A stretch of DNA of 64,000 nucleotides from Thermodesulfobacteriota bacterium (GCA_040755035.1 JBFMBU010000313.1:3763-67762), one strand, 5' to 3'; numbered from the stretch's first letter, positions 9,157 to 19,253 are shown. Notes: generated from the letters alone by a model not told the origin. A program made the numbers and translations.

Positions 9157-10041
9157 TCAGCGTTCAATGTCCGGGGTTCGGCGTTGATCCGGTCGGGGAC
9201 GATAACGGTTGATGAACCATTTCATTTGACGGCAGATCCCGCGGATCAGACGTACTTCGTTGCTGTACAGTCCGATGCGGGAAAAAAAACGACGCAAGCT
9301 CATCATCCACAGGTCAGGATTTTGCTTATCCAGGAAATCCATTAGCTGCAGGACCTCGGACAGGTGGCCGTACATACCCTCCAGTTCGAAAGAAGAGGCC
9401 AATGAATTTCGGATTTCCAATTTCTGATTTCGGGCTGGAAAAATCGGAGAATCGATAGCCGAAAGATCTAAAGTTTCAGGGGTGGGGGGGATGGGTTCTT
9501 TTCCATTCCGAAATCTGAAATCCGCAATCGGCAATGATGGGTCCTGCTGGGCCAGGAGGACCTCATAACAAAGGATCAATACCGCCTGGGCCAGATTAAG
9601 GGAACCGGGCCGGGCTGTGGGAATGGTGACCGTGGCCTGACAAAAGCGTAATTCTTCATTGGTCAATCCTCGGTTTTCCGGACCGAAGAGCAGGGCGATA
9701 CGGTTTTTCCTTCCCAGGGAGGCAATTTTTTGAGCGGCCCGGACCGGATCAATGACTTCCTTGCGCTGCCCCCCCAGGCGGGCTGTAGTTCCCACGACGT
9801 ACTGAAAAGGGGATAGGGCCTCGGCCAGGTCGGAGTGGGTCTCCATAGTCTCCAAAAGTCCCCGGGCCACATGGGTGGAGAGTTTGGTCATCCTTTCCCA
9901 GTCGGTGTCCTCGGGATTGACCAAAAGGATGCGGGAAAACCCCATATTCCAGGCCGCTCGGGCCGTAGCCCCGATGTTTTCGGCAAAACGAGGACGGTGC
10001 AGAACCACCGAGATATGATCGAATCTAACCGGTTCCTTCAT
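9157..10041 (-). CDS. TrmH/SpoU-family RNA 2'-O-methyltransferase (TrmJ-like) with a ~60-aa C-terminal extension
   Basis: SPOUT motifs HISVVLHRPRFAENIGATARAA, LLFGPENRGLTNEE and NLAQAVLILCYE. Confidence 0.8.
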   Translation of the reverse strand: MKEPVRFDHISVVLHRPRFAENIGATARAAWNMGFSRILLVNPEDTDWERMTKLSTHVARGLLETMETHSDLAEALSPFQYVVGTTARLGGQRKEVIDPVRAAQKIASLGRKNRIALLFGPENRGLTNEELRFCQATVTIPTARPGSLNLAQAVLILCYEVLLAQQDPSLPIADFRFRNGKEPIPPTPETLDLSAIDSPIFPARNQKLEIRNSLASSFELEGMYGHLSEVLQLMDFLDKQNPDLWMMSLRRFFSRIGLYSNEVRLIRGICRQMKWFINRYRPRPDQRRTPDIER

Positions 10042-10144
10042 TGAAATTTTACACTTTTAACCCAACTGGTTTATAGGTTATAATCTTTGAAATCTGAACT
10101 CTTGGTTTATTATCACACTTAGGCGGGTAAAACAACAACCCTCA

Positions 10145-12322
10145 ATGGTTAAAGGAATTTTTACTGTTTTCATCGTTCTTATTTCCCCCTGGGCCATGTT
10201 TTTCGCCGGATGCGGAAAGACCTGGAACAACCCTTACCCGGCCGGAGACCAGGGAGGCAACATCCTGTATTCGGCCTTTTCCGAGCGGCCCAAACATCTT
10301 GACCCGGTACAGTCCTACAGCGAAAACGAAGCCGTTTTTCTGGGCCAGATCTATGAGCCTCCCCTGCAATATCACTACCTGAAAAAACCTTATGTCCTGG
10401 TTCCGGCCACAGCCAAAGAGATCCCCCGACCCAAATTTTTTGATAAGGCCGGACGACGTCTATCGGATGAGGCGGAAGCCGGGGAGGTAGCCTTTAGTCT
10501 CTATGAAATAAAAATCTTTCCAGGAATTTTTTTCCAACCTCATCCGGCCTTTGCTAAAGACAGGGCCGGAAATTTGCGTTATCATAACCTAACGGCCACT
10601 GATCTCAGATTTATCGAAACCCTCTCCGATTTTAAATATAAAGGGACCCGGGAATTGACTGCGGCAGATTATGTCTATCAGATCAAGCGCCTGGCCCACC
10701 CGAGGCTTCATTCGCCGGTTTTCGGACTCATGAGCGAATATATCATCGGTCTAAAAACCCTGGCCCGCCAACTCAAAGAAGCCGACTCGATTCTGAGCCG
10801 GGGGGGTAAAGAAAACCCCTTTCTGGATCTGAAGGGGTTCGATCTGGAAGGGGTCCGGGCCATTGATCGTTATACGTTTCAAATAAAACTCAAGGGTAAG
10901 TATTCTCAATTTGTTTACTGGCTGGCTATGTCTTTTTTCGCCCCTGTCCCCTTAGAAGCCGACCGGTTTTATGCCCAGCCGGGCATGGCGGAAAAGAATC
11001 TGACCCTGGACTGGTATCCGGTGGGTACCGGGCCGTATATGTTGACCGAAAACAACCCCAACCGTCGAATGGTCCTGGAAAAAAACCCCCATTTCCACGG
11101 GGAGAAATATCCCTCGGAGGGGGAAAAGGGGGATGCGGCGGCGGGCTTTCTTAAGGATGCGGGAAAACCTTTGCCTTTTATCGATCGGGCGGTTTTCAGT
11201 ATGGAAAAGGAAGGCATCCCTTACTGGAATAAATTTCTGCAGGGATATTACGATGCCTCGGGGATCAGTTCCGACAGTTTCGATCAGGCCGTTCGAATAA
11301 CTTCAGCCGGTGAAATCGCCTTGACTGAAAAAATGAGGGAAAAAGGGATTGGTCTGACTACTTCCGTGGCCCCGACGGTTATTTACGTGGGATTTAACAT
11401 GCTGGATCCGGTGGTGGGAGGGTTTTCGGAAAAGGCTCGAAAACTGCGGCAGGCCCTCTCTATCGCCGTCGATTACGAGGAATACATCAGCATCTTCGCC
11501 AACGGGCGGGGGATGGCCGCCCAAGGCCCCATACCTCCGGGAATTTTCGGGACCCACGACGGTCCGGAGGGGATCAATCCCTATGTTTATGATTGGGTGA
11601 ACCTCCAGGTGAGGCGGAAACCCATTGAAACCGCAAAAAGGCTTCTGGCCGAGGCCGGGTATCCGGAAGGGATCGAGCGGGAGACCGGCCGGCCCCTGGT
11701 CCTTAATTTTGATGTGACGGCCCGTGGACCGGATGATAAATCACGGCTGGATTGGATGCGGAAACAGTTTCAAAAATTAAACCTGCAATTGGTGGTCCGG
11801 TCCACCGATTACAACCGGTTTCAGGATAAGATCCGTAAAGGGAACGCCCAAATTTTCAATTGGGGTTGGAATGCCGATTACCCGGATCCGGAAAATTTCC
11901 TCTTTCTGCTTTACGGTCCCCAGGGAACGGTAAAAAACCAGGGGGAAAACTCGGCAAACTACGGTAATCCGGAGTATGATCGACTTTTTGAGAAAATGAA
12001 AAACATGGAAAACGGTCCTGCCCGTCAGGCCGTTATAGACCAGATGGTAGAAATCGCCCGTGGGGATGCACCCTGGCTGTGGGGATTTCATCCCAAGGAA
12101 TACAGCCTTTATCAGGGCTGGATGCATAACCGGAAACCGAATCCGATGGCCAGGAACGGTTTGAAATATCAACGTATCGACACGCTGCAGCGGGAAAGGC
12201 TGCGCCGGGCATGGAACCGGCCCGTCTTCTGGCCCTTGTCCCTGATCCTGGTTCTGGGCGCCGCTTCACTTTTACCGGCTATCCTTGTCTTTCGGCGAAG
12301 GGAGCGGAGGACAGCCATCTGA
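10145..12322 (+). CDS. ABC transporter substrate-binding protein, family 5 (peptide/nickel, DppA/OppA-like), with a C-terminal transmembrane anchor
   Basis: N-terminal signal with a Cys lipobox (FFAGCG) and an SBP_bac_5-like core. The C-terminus VFWPLSLILVLGAASLLPAILVFRRRERR is hydrophobic and followed by positive charges. Confidence 0.8.
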   Translation: MVKGIFTVFIVLISPWAMFFAGCGKTWNNPYPAGDQGGNILYSAFSERPKHLDPVQSYSENEAVFLGQIYEPPLQYHYLKKPYVLVPATAKEIPRPKFFDKAGRRLSDEAEAGEVAFSLYEIKIFPGIFFQPHPAFAKDRAGNLRYHNLTATDLRFIETLSDFKYKGTRELTAADYVYQIKRLAHPRLHSPVFGLMSEYIIGLKTLARQLKEADSILSRGGKENPFLDLKGFDLEGVRAIDRYTFQIKLKGKYSQFVYWLAMSFFAPVPLEADRFYAQPGMAEKNLTLDWYPVGTGPYMLTENNPNRRMVLEKNPHFHGEKYPSEGEKGDAAAGFLKDAGKPLPFIDRAVFSMEKEGIPYWNKFLQGYYDASGISSDSFDQAVRITSAGEIALTEKMREKGIGLTTSVAPTVIYVGFNMLDPVVGGFSEKARKLRQALSIAVDYEEYISIFANGRGMAAQGPIPPGIFGTHDGPEGINPYVYDWVNLQVRRKPIETAKRLLAEAGYPEGIERETGRPLVLNFDVTARGPDDKSRLDWMRKQFQKLNLQLVVRSTDYNRFQDKIRKGNAQIFNWGWNADYPDPENFLFLLYGPQGTVKNQGENSANYGNPEYDRLFEKMKNMENGPARQAVIDQMVEIARGDAPWLWGFHPKEYSLYQGWMHNRKPNPMARNGLKYQRIDTLQRERLRRAWNRPVFWPLSLILVLGAASLLPAILVFRRRERRTAI

Positions 12323-13299
12323 TGCTGAATTATATCATCCGCCGTGTCCTTTATGCCGTTCCGATCCTGATCGGGGTCAATATTTTGACCTTCAGTCTCT
12401 TTTTTGTGGTCAACTCAGCGGATGATATGGCCAGGGTCCATCTGGGCACAAAACGGGTCACCCCGGAGGCTGTCCAAAAATGGAAACAAGAAAGGGGATA
12501 TGACCAACCCCTTTTGTATAATCCTCAAGCCACCGGGATAGGCCAAATAACCCGGACCATTTTTTTTCAAAAATCGGTCCGATTATTCGCCTTCCAATTC
12601 GGCCGGGCCGATGACGGCCGGGACATCGCTTACGAGATCCGGAACCGGATGATGCCCAGTCTGGCCATTGCCCTGCCGGTGTTCCTTTTAGGTCTGTTCT
12701 GTTATATTTCGTTCGCTTTGATGATGGCCTTTTTCCGGGCCACTTACCTCGATATCTGGGGGGTGGTCTTCTGCGTAGCTTTGATGTCCATCTCCAGCCT
12801 CTTTTATATCATCGGAGGGCAGTATCTGATCAGTAAGCTTTGGAATCTGGTCCCGATTTCGGGTTATGGAAACGGGATCAGCGCTGTAAAATTCCTGATC
12901 CTGCCGGTGCTGGTAGGGGTGGCCAGCGGCGTAGGGGCCGGTGCCCGCTGGTATCGAACCATCTTTCTGGAGGAAATGAATAAAGACTATGTCCGCACTG
13001 CCCGGGCCAAAGGGCTTTCGGAATGGCGTGTACTCTTTCGGCATGTCCTCCAGAACGCCATGATTCCCATTTTAACCGGGGCGGTGGTGGTCATTCCCGT
13101 TCTTTTTATGGGAAGTCTGATCACCGAATCCTTTTTCGGAATCCCGGGCCTGGGCAGTTATACCATTGATGCCATACATTCTCAAGATTTCGCTGTGGTC
13201 CGGGCCATGGTTTTTCTGGGGTCGGTGCTCTACATCATAGGGCTGATCCTGACCGATATCTCTTATACCCTGGTAGATCCGAGGATCAGGTTGGAATAG
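12322..13299 (+). CDS. ABC transporter permease (DppB/OppB-like)
   Basis: MLNYIIRRVLYAVPILIGV N-terminus and the EEMNKDYVRTARAKGL EAA-loop motif. The ATG overlaps the upstream stop (TGATG). Confidence 0.85.
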   Translation: MLNYIIRRVLYAVPILIGVNILTFSLFFVVNSADDMARVHLGTKRVTPEAVQKWKQERGYDQPLLYNPQATGIGQITRTIFFQKSVRLFAFQFGRADDGRDIAYEIRNRMMPSLAIALPVFLLGLFCYISFALMMAFFRATYLDIWGVVFCVALMSISSLFYIIGGQYLISKLWNLVPISGYGNGISAVKFLILPVLVGVASGVGAGARWYRTIFLEEMNKDYVRTARAKGLSEWRVLFRHVLQNAMIPILTGAVVVIPVLFMGSLITESFFGIPGLGSYTIDAIHSQDFAVVRAMVFLGSVLYIIGLILTDISYTLVDPRIRLE

Positions 13300-14765
13300 T
13301 GGGCTTCAAACCGATCATACTCTGGACGGATGGATTGCTGGCCTTGCTGCTATTGGCAGGGCTGACCTATGGTTGGGCAGTAAAACACCGGGAACACCTG
13401 CGAACACCATGGCAGCGGGTGATCCGGAACCGGAGCGGGTTGGTTTCTATTTTGATTTTGTCCGTTTTCCTGTTTGTCGGTTTAGTGGACAGCCTCCATT
13501 TCCGCCCGGAGTTGAAGTCCTCCAAGGGCCGGGAAAAAGCCTATGCCGTGGAAGTGTTGAGTCTGCTGGACGTTTTGCTGGCCCCCCTGCGGCTGCACAC
13601 GGAAAAGACGTATTCCGCACCCTTGGCCGCCAGGTTATTCTCCAAAGAAACGGTGGAAATGCCGGACGGGCGTCAAACACGGATTTTCCCACGTCTGCTT
13701 TACGGAGGGGCCCATCTTCAAGAGCCGGAAAGGGAAAAAAACGGAGATATCGTGAAAAGGACCTTTTGGGGTCTGTTGACGGCCGTGGTGATTTGGGGAA
13801 TGCTGGCCTTTTTTTTCCTGATACTCCTGGCCCGGCGGAGCCAGGAACGATTATCCGTCAAGGCCAGGAGTCTGTTCCGGGGTAAGGAGGAGGTCCCCTG
13901 GCAGGCCGCTTTGTGGACCCTTTTGGTACTGCTTTTGTTCGGGATTCCTATCGCCTTTCTGAGTATCAAGTACCATGTGTTGGGGACCGATAAAGTGGGG
14001 CAGGATGTTTTATTTCTGGCCCTGAAGAGCATTCGCACCGGATTGATCATCGGCACCCTGACCACACTGGTGATGCTGCCCTTTGCCGTGTTGCTGGGAA
14101 TCATGGCCGGATATTTCCGGGGTTGGGTGGATGATGCCATTCAGTATATATACACCACACTGAACTCCATTCCGGCGGTGCTGTTGATCGCCGCGGCCGT
14201 GCTGATGACCCAGGTCTTTATGGATAGGCATGTCGACTGGTTTGAAACGGTCAGCGCCAGGGCTGATTTTCGTCTCCTGTTTCTTTGCCTCATCCTGGGG
14301 GTGACCAGTTGGACCGGCCTTTGCCGTCTGCTGCGTGGTGAGGCACTGAAATTGCGGGAGATGGAGTATATCCAGGCCGCTCAGGCTTTGGGGGTTTCCG
14401 AATTCCGAATCATCCTCCGGCATATCCTGCCTAATGTCATGCATATTATTTTGATTGCCGTGGTGATGGACTTTTCCGGCCTGGTCTTGGCCGAGGCCGT
14501 ATTGTCCTATGTCGGCGTGGGTGTGGATCCCTCCATGATCAGTTTCGGGACCATGATCAACAGCGCCCGGATGGAAATGGCCAGGGAGCCGATGGTCTGG
14601 TGGTCCCTGGCCGCCGCTTTCGGTTTTATGTTTTTGCTGGTACTCTCCGCCAACCTCTTTTCCGATACGGTGCGGGATGCCTTTGATCCCAGAATTCAAA
14701 CCCGCTCTATCCGTCTCCTCTTCCGGCGGCAAGCCCTTTTAGAAAAAAAAGAGGACCGGCCATGA
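13299..14765 (+). CDS. ABC transporter permease (DppC/OppC-like) with a ~190-aa N-terminal membrane extension
   Basis: GTG start overlapping the upstream stop. Contains the C-terminal BPD_transp_1 core with EAAQALGVSEFRIILRHILPN. Confidence 0.8.
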   Translation: MGFKPIILWTDGLLALLLLAGLTYGWAVKHREHLRTPWQRVIRNRSGLVSILILSVFLFVGLVDSLHFRPELKSSKGREKAYAVEVLSLLDVLLAPLRLHTEKTYSAPLAARLFSKETVEMPDGRQTRIFPRLLYGGAHLQEPEREKNGDIVKRTFWGLLTAVVIWGMLAFFFLILLARRSQERLSVKARSLFRGKEEVPWQAALWTLLVLLLFGIPIAFLSIKYHVLGTDKVGQDVLFLALKSIRTGLIIGTLTTLVMLPFAVLLGIMAGYFRGWVDDAIQYIYTTLNSIPAVLLIAAAVLMTQVFMDRHVDWFETVSARADFRLLFLCLILGVTSWTGLCRLLRGEALKLREMEYIQAAQALGVSEFRIILRHILPNVMHIILIAVVMDFSGLVLAEAVLSYVGVGVDPSMISFGTMINSARMEMAREPMVWWSLAAAFGFMFLLVLSANLFSDTVRDAFDPRIQTRSIRLLFRRQALLEKKEDRP

Positions 14766-16879
14766 AAGCGCCCTTACTGGAGGTTGAGGGTCTTAATACC
14801 CGGCTCTTCACCGCTGATGGGGTGGTCAGGGCCGTAGATGGTCTATCCTTTTCTCTTCAGACCGGGGAAACCTTCGCCCTTCTGGGGGAATCCGGTTGCG
14901 GCAAGACCATGGCCGCTTTGTCTATCATGAGGCTGTTACCGGAAACCGGGATGATCACCGGCGGCCGGGTCCGGTTGAACGGGACCGATCTTTTGCGGCT
15001 GCCGGAGATGGAAATGCGGAAGGTTAGGGGTAGAAGAATCGGCATGATTTTTCAAGAGCCGATGTTGAGTCTGAATCCGGTGGTAACCGTAGGCAGCCAG
15101 GTGACGGAGGTCCTGCTGCATCATTTCTCTTTGTCCAGGGGGGAGGCCGAAGGACGCGCCTTGGAGATGTTGGAAGCCGTTGGCCTTCCTGAAGCACGAC
15201 GACGAAAGGATTATTATCCCTTTCAGTTCTCCGGCGGTATGAAACAAAGGGTCATGGCCGCCATGGCCCTGGCCTGCGGACCGGATCTATTGATTGCCGA
15301 TGAACCGACGACAGCCCTGGATGTGACCATTCAAGCCCAGGTGCTTGATCTGCTCAGAAATTTGCAAGCCCAAAAAGGCATGGCTGTTTTGCTGATCACC
15401 CATGATTTAGGTGTAGTAGCGGAAATGGCCCAGCGGGTGGCGGTCATGTATGCCGGTGAGGTGGTGGAAACCGCGGACCGGGCCCTTTTTTTCACCCGAC
15501 CCTCTCATCCCTATTCTCAGAAGCTGTTTGCATCTATGCCCTTAAGGGATAAGCGGGGGCAGGCCTTGTCGGTTATCCAGGGTAATGTGCCCTCTCTGGC
15601 CCGGGAGTTTCCCGGCTGCCGGTTTGCCGAACGTTGCGAAAAGAGCCGCGGTCAATGTTTTCGGGAACCCCCCCCCTGGATTGAAACCGCTCCCGGTCAG
15701 GGGGTCCGCTGCCATCTTTTCGCTCTTGGAGCAGAGGGAAATAGTTCGGCCTTCAGCGTTCAGTGTTCAGCGTTCGGCGTAAAACCTGAAAACCAAAGGC
15801 TTGCGGGAGAACTTTTTCAAGACGAGCGAGATACGGGATACGAGATACGAGATACACCGATTGAAGGCGGGCACTGTACTGGAGAGCAGGGCCGGGAAGA
15901 ACCGCCTACCCTCCTGCTGGTGGAAGGATTGAAGGTCTACTTTCCTATCCGCAAGGGTTTGCTGAAAAAAACCGTAGGCCAGGTAAAAGCCGTCGACGGG
16001 GTCTCTCTCTCCATCCGAACCGGTCGGACCCTGGCTTTAGTCGGCGAATCCGGTTGTGGAAAGACTACGCTGGGGAAGGGAATTTTGCGGCTTATTCCCA
16101 TGGCCGGAGGGTCGGTATCCTTTGAAGGAAGGGAGTTGGCATTGCTCGGGGCCGAACGGCTGCGGTCTCTGCGGAAGTCATTTCAGATTATTTTTCAGGA
16201 CCCCTATGCCTCATTAAACCCCCGCCTGCGGGTGGTGGAGATCATCGAGGAGGGCATGAGTGCCTTAGGGGTGGGAAAAACCCGGGAAGAACGCCTGTAC
16301 CGGATCGACCGGCTGTTGGAGGAAGTAGGGTTGTCCCCGGAAATCAAATTCCGTTATCCCCACGAATTTTCCGGAGGGCAGCGTCAGCGCATTGCCATAG
16401 CCCGGGCCCTTTCCGTGGAGCCCAAACTGATTGTCTGCGACGAACCGACCAGCGCCCTGGACATCTCCGTCCAGGCTCAAATCCTGAATCTGCTCAAAGA
16501 CCTCCAGGAAAAACACAAACTGGGCTACCTGTTTATCACCCATAATATATCAGTGGTGGAGTATCTGGCCCATGAAGTGGCGGTCATGTACTTAGGCCGG
16601 GTGGTGGAACAAGGTACGGTCGATGAGCTCTTGGATCATCCCGGTCATCCCTACACCCGGGCCCTGCTTTCGGCCGTACCGACCATAGATCCGAAAACCC
16701 GGAGGGAGGTTATACGCCTGGTGGGGGACCTGCCTTCCCCGGCCGCACCTCCTGACGGCTGCTTTTTCCATCCCCGCTGCCCGGAGGTGATGGCCGTCTG
16801 CCGGGATCGTTATCCGGGAAAAAGCATGATAAGCGCAACCCGTTATGTCCACTGTCATCTTTATGGGGAGCGGGAATAA
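14762..16879 (+). CDS. ABC transporter ATP-binding protein, fused double ATPase (DppD-like plus DppF-like domains). The inter-domain linker carries heptamer tandem repeats.
   Basis: Two sets of Walker A (GESGCGKT), signature (FSGGMKQR / FSGGQRQR) and Walker B motifs, plus oligopeptide C-terminal domains. The ATGA start overlaps the upstream gene. Confidence 0.85.
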   Translation: MKAPLLEVEGLNTRLFTADGVVRAVDGLSFSLQTGETFALLGESGCGKTMAALSIMRLLPETGMITGGRVRLNGTDLLRLPEMEMRKVRGRRIGMIFQEPMLSLNPVVTVGSQVTEVLLHHFSLSRGEAEGRALEMLEAVGLPEARRRKDYYPFQFSGGMKQRVMAAMALACGPDLLIADEPTTALDVTIQAQVLDLLRNLQAQKGMAVLLITHDLGVVAEMAQRVAVMYAGEVVETADRALFFTRPSHPYSQKLFASMPLRDKRGQALSVIQGNVPSLAREFPGCRFAERCEKSRGQCFREPPPWIETAPGQGVRCHLFALGAEGNSSAFSVQCSAFGVKPENQRLAGELFQDERDTGYEIRDTPIEGGHCTGEQGREEPPTLLLVEGLKVYFPIRKGLLKKTVGQVKAVDGVSLSIRTGRTLALVGESGCGKTTLGKGILRLIPMAGGSVSFEGRELALLGAERLRSLRKSFQIIFQDPYASLNPRLRVVEIIEEGMSALGVGKTREERLYRIDRLLEEVGLSPEIKFRYPHEFSGGQRQRIAIARALSVEPKLIVCDEPTSALDISVQAQILNLLKDLQEKHKLGYLFITHNISVVEYLAHEVAVMYLGRVVEQGTVDELLDHPGHPYTRALLSAVPTIDPKTRREVIRLVGDLPSPAAPPDGCFFHPRCPEVMAVCRDRYPGKSMISATRYVHCHLYGERE
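15745..15779 (+). repeat. Heptanucleotide tandem array, 5 units (TTCGGCC TTCAGCG TTCAGTG TTCAGCG TTCGGCG), in frame inside the ATPase linker
   Basis: Direct reading. It is the reverse complement of the CGCCGAA units at 52931-52958. Confidence 0.85.
15827..15854 (+). repeat. Heptanucleotide tandem array CGAGATA/CGGGATA, 4 units, inside the ATPase linker
   Basis: Direct reading. An inverted copy array lies at 16882-16916. Confidence 0.85.
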
Positions 16880-16881
16880 TT

Positions 16882-16916
16882 TCTCGTATCTCGTATCTCG
16901 TTGCTCGTATCTCGTC
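16882..16916 (+). repeat. Heptanucleotide tandem array TCTCGTA, 5 units (reverse complement of CGAGATA), 3 nt after the ATPase stop codon
   Basis: Direct reading. It forms a long-range inverted repeat with 15827-15854, ~1.05 kb away. Confidence 0.85.
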
Positions 16917-17003
16917 TAAACTCTCTTCTGATGATCTCAAAAAAAGTTAAAATCACTAAGTGGTCATTTCGACTGGAAGGAGAAATCTTGAAATCTCGCA
17001 TCC

Positions 17004-17043
17004 CTGAACCCTTGAATCCTCGAATCCTTGGACCCTTTTGACC
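17004..17043 (+). repeat. Octanucleotide tandem array, 5 degenerate units (consensus TTGAATCC)
   Basis: ctgaaccc ttgaatcc tcgaatcc ttggaccc ttttgacc, in the convergent intergenic region. Confidence 0.6.
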
Positions 17044-17067
17044 AACCCCTCGTGAGAAGAACCCTTC

Positions 17068-17838
17068 TTATTTGCCGCTGAAGCGGGGTTCCCTTTTTTC
17101 AGCAAAGGCCCGGATGGCCTCCTCCCGGTCTTCACTTATTTCCTGGGGAAGGACGTAGTCCACATATTCCCTTTCCGCTTTTCTGACCGACCGCTCCGTT
17201 TGCGTATAGTATCCGTATTTTACCGAACGGACAAAGAGGGGAGGGACTTTTTTTAGCATTTCCGCCCATTTTTCGGCTTCGCTCAACAGGGCGTCGTCCG
17301 GGACCACTTGGTTGACCAGACCGAATCCCATGGCCCTTTGGGCATTCATCAGACGGCCTCCCTTCCAGGAAAGCAGCATGAACTCCAGGGCGATTTTAAA
17401 AGGCATATAGGGGATATATTGAGGAGGGACCTGGGCCACCCCGGCCTTGCTTTCCGGATAACCGAAGAAGGCGTTCTCGGAAGCGATGGTGATATCGCAG
17501 CCGGTTACGGCAATGAGATAACCCTGGCCCAGGGCATAACCACGAACAGCCCCGACAATCGGTTTGAAAAGGGCGGTCCCGTTAAGGGGATACGCCTCGT
17601 GGTATTGCCAGGGTTTCCCGTTTTTTCGGTCCTCACCGGTCAAATCGACGCCCACGGAAAAGGAGGTTCCCTTTCCGGATAAAATGGCCACCCGGGCTTC
17701 GGGATCGGCCTCGAAACGTTTCCAGGTATCCCGGAGGGCGTAACTCATTTCAATATTGAAGGCATTCAATTTCTCCGGCCGATTGAGGCTGATATAGGCG
17801 ATCCGGTTTTTTACTTCATAGAGAACGGTTTCGGACAT
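17068..17838 (-). CDS. Enoyl-CoA hydratase/isomerase (crotonase) family protein
   Basis: ISLNRPEKLNAF and the oxyanion-hole region GKGTSFSVGVDL. Confidence 0.85.
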   Translation of the reverse strand: MSETVLYEVKNRIAYISLNRPEKLNAFNIEMSYALRDTWKRFEADPEARVAILSGKGTSFSVGVDLTGEDRKNGKPWQYHEAYPLNGTALFKPIVGAVRGYALGQGYLIAVTGCDITIASENAFFGYPESKAGVAQVPPQYIPYMPFKIALEFMLLSWKGGRLMNAQRAMGFGLVNQVVPDDALLSEAEKWAEMLKKVPPLFVRSVKYGYYTQTERSVRKAEREYVDYVLPQEISEDREEAIRAFAEKREPRFSGK

Positions 17839-17851
17839 GGGGTCTTCCTCC

Positions 17852-18712
17852 TTATTCTTTTTTACTCAATCCCGCTTTTTCCAGCCAGGGCCGGGAGAGT
17901 TCAAAGTTCCTCTGGGCTAGTTTGGTCCGGGCGAACCCTCCTTCGCTGGGCGGGGCCATTTTCCCTTCCCGCGTGGCGGTCATGAGGCAGAAATTATTAA
18001 ACGAAGATTCCACTTCGGCGTTCAAACCCATGGTTTCTTCCATATGATTGATGGAAAACTTGCACAACCGGACCCAGTAAGGAACATCCAAGTAATTTTC
18101 CGCTACCCGTTCGGCATAGGCCAGGGTTTCCTGTTCCAGGGTTTCCGGGGAAAAGACCCTGTTGACAAAACCGTAAGAACGGGCTTCTTCGGCGGTCATA
18201 AAGCGGTGTTCGAACAAAATCTCCTTGGCCTTGCGGGGACCGATGTCATAAGGAACGGAGAAATATTCGACAAAACCGGGGAGGAAGCGGGCGTCGGAGG
18301 CGGCGAAAAGTACATCCATGGAAGCGGCCACCATCCAGCCCCCGAAGATGCAATAGCCGTGGACCATGGCCATGGTGGGTTTGGCCAGATTCCTCCAGGC
18401 TAAGCAGAATTCGATATAGACCCTGCGCATGTCTTCAAACCAGGGGGTCAACCCCTGTTCGGCCCGGACGGCATAACCCTGCTCTTGTTTGTACATCCGA
18501 TCCTCCTCCGTGCCGATGTCATGACCGGCGGAAAAGGCCCGGCCCAGGCCGGAAAGGACGATAGCCCCGCAGGCCGGATCCTTGACCGCGGTCTTGAGGG
18601 CGGTATCCACTTCTTCCAACATCTGGTAGCTCTGGGCGTTGAGGAACCTGGGTCGATTCAACAGGATCCTGGCCACTTTTCCCGGTTGATAAAGGATGTG
18701 GTTGTAGTTCAT
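17852..18712 (-). CDS. Enoyl-CoA hydratase/isomerase (crotonase) family protein
   Basis: ILLNRPRFLNAQ and GLGRAFSAGHDIG. The start is chosen at MNYNH with a GGAGG RBS. The upstream ATG of the ORF track (18784) is less likely. Confidence 0.75.
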   Translation of the reverse strand: MNYNHILYQPGKVARILLNRPRFLNAQSYQMLEEVDTALKTAVKDPACGAIVLSGLGRAFSAGHDIGTEEDRMYKQEQGYAVRAEQGLTPWFEDMRRVYIEFCLAWRNLAKPTMAMVHGYCIFGGWMVAASMDVLFAASDARFLPGFVEYFSVPYDIGPRKAKEILFEHRFMTAEEARSYGFVNRVFSPETLEQETLAYAERVAENYLDVPYWVRLCKFSINHMEETMGLNAEVESSFNNFCLMTATREGKMAPPSEGGFARTKLAQRNFELSRPWLEKAGLSKKE

Positions 18713-18890
18713 GGGGCGACCTCCAGAAAAGAATGAAAGTTTTTTATATGAAATTTGCCTATCACTTACGCTGTTGGATGTCAATCTTTCCTTTCTCGAA
18801 ACCGTTTCGGGTTAAAAAAAACTTGAAGAATCAAGGGAAAAATGATAACTTATTTAACATGTCTATTAACTTATATAAGGAGGATTGGAA

Positions 18891-19253
18891 ATGAGGAAAC
18901 TTTTTATTTTTCTGTCGGTTGGAGCACTCTTGGGAATATTTTTAGGAGCGGCCCCGGTTCAGGCAGCGGATAGTGTGACCGGAAACTGGGATTGTAAAAT
19001 CGATTACGGCAGCGGTACGGGGTATCCCACCTTTGTTTTGCAGCAGGACGGTGAAAAAGTTGCCGGAACGTACAAGGGGGCCTTGGGAGACTCTAAAGTT
19101 ACAGGAAAAATAACGGGCAGCGATTTCGAACTCTCATTTAATTCCAATAATATTGATATGACCTATAAAGGCAAGGTGGAAGGGAATAGGCTGAGCGGCA
19201 GCGGTGATTTGGGACCGATCGGCAAAGGGCCCTTCTCCTGCACCAAGAAATAA
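18891..19253 (+). CDS. Small secreted protein of unknown function (signal peptide, Gly/Lys-rich beta-type domain)
   Basis: An AGGAGG RBS lies 7 nt upstream of the ATG at 18891. The signal peptide is LFIFLSVGALLGIFLGAAPVQA. The track start at 18885 is TTG. Confidence 0.6.
   Translation: MRKLFIFLSVGALLGIFLGAAPVQAADSVTGNWDCKIDYGSGTGYPTFVLQQDGEKVAGTYKGALGDSKVTGKITGSDFELSFNSNNIDMTYKGKVEGNRLSGSGDLGPIGKGPFSCTKK

Noticed and set aside
13373-14732. Several 140-240-aa ORFs on both strands overlapping the DppC-like permease (13373-13885 +, 13718-14140 -, 14010-14732 -)
   Set aside because: They are fully embedded in a well-supported membrane-protein CDS. Gly/Pro/His-rich compositions are typical of GC-rich alternative frames.
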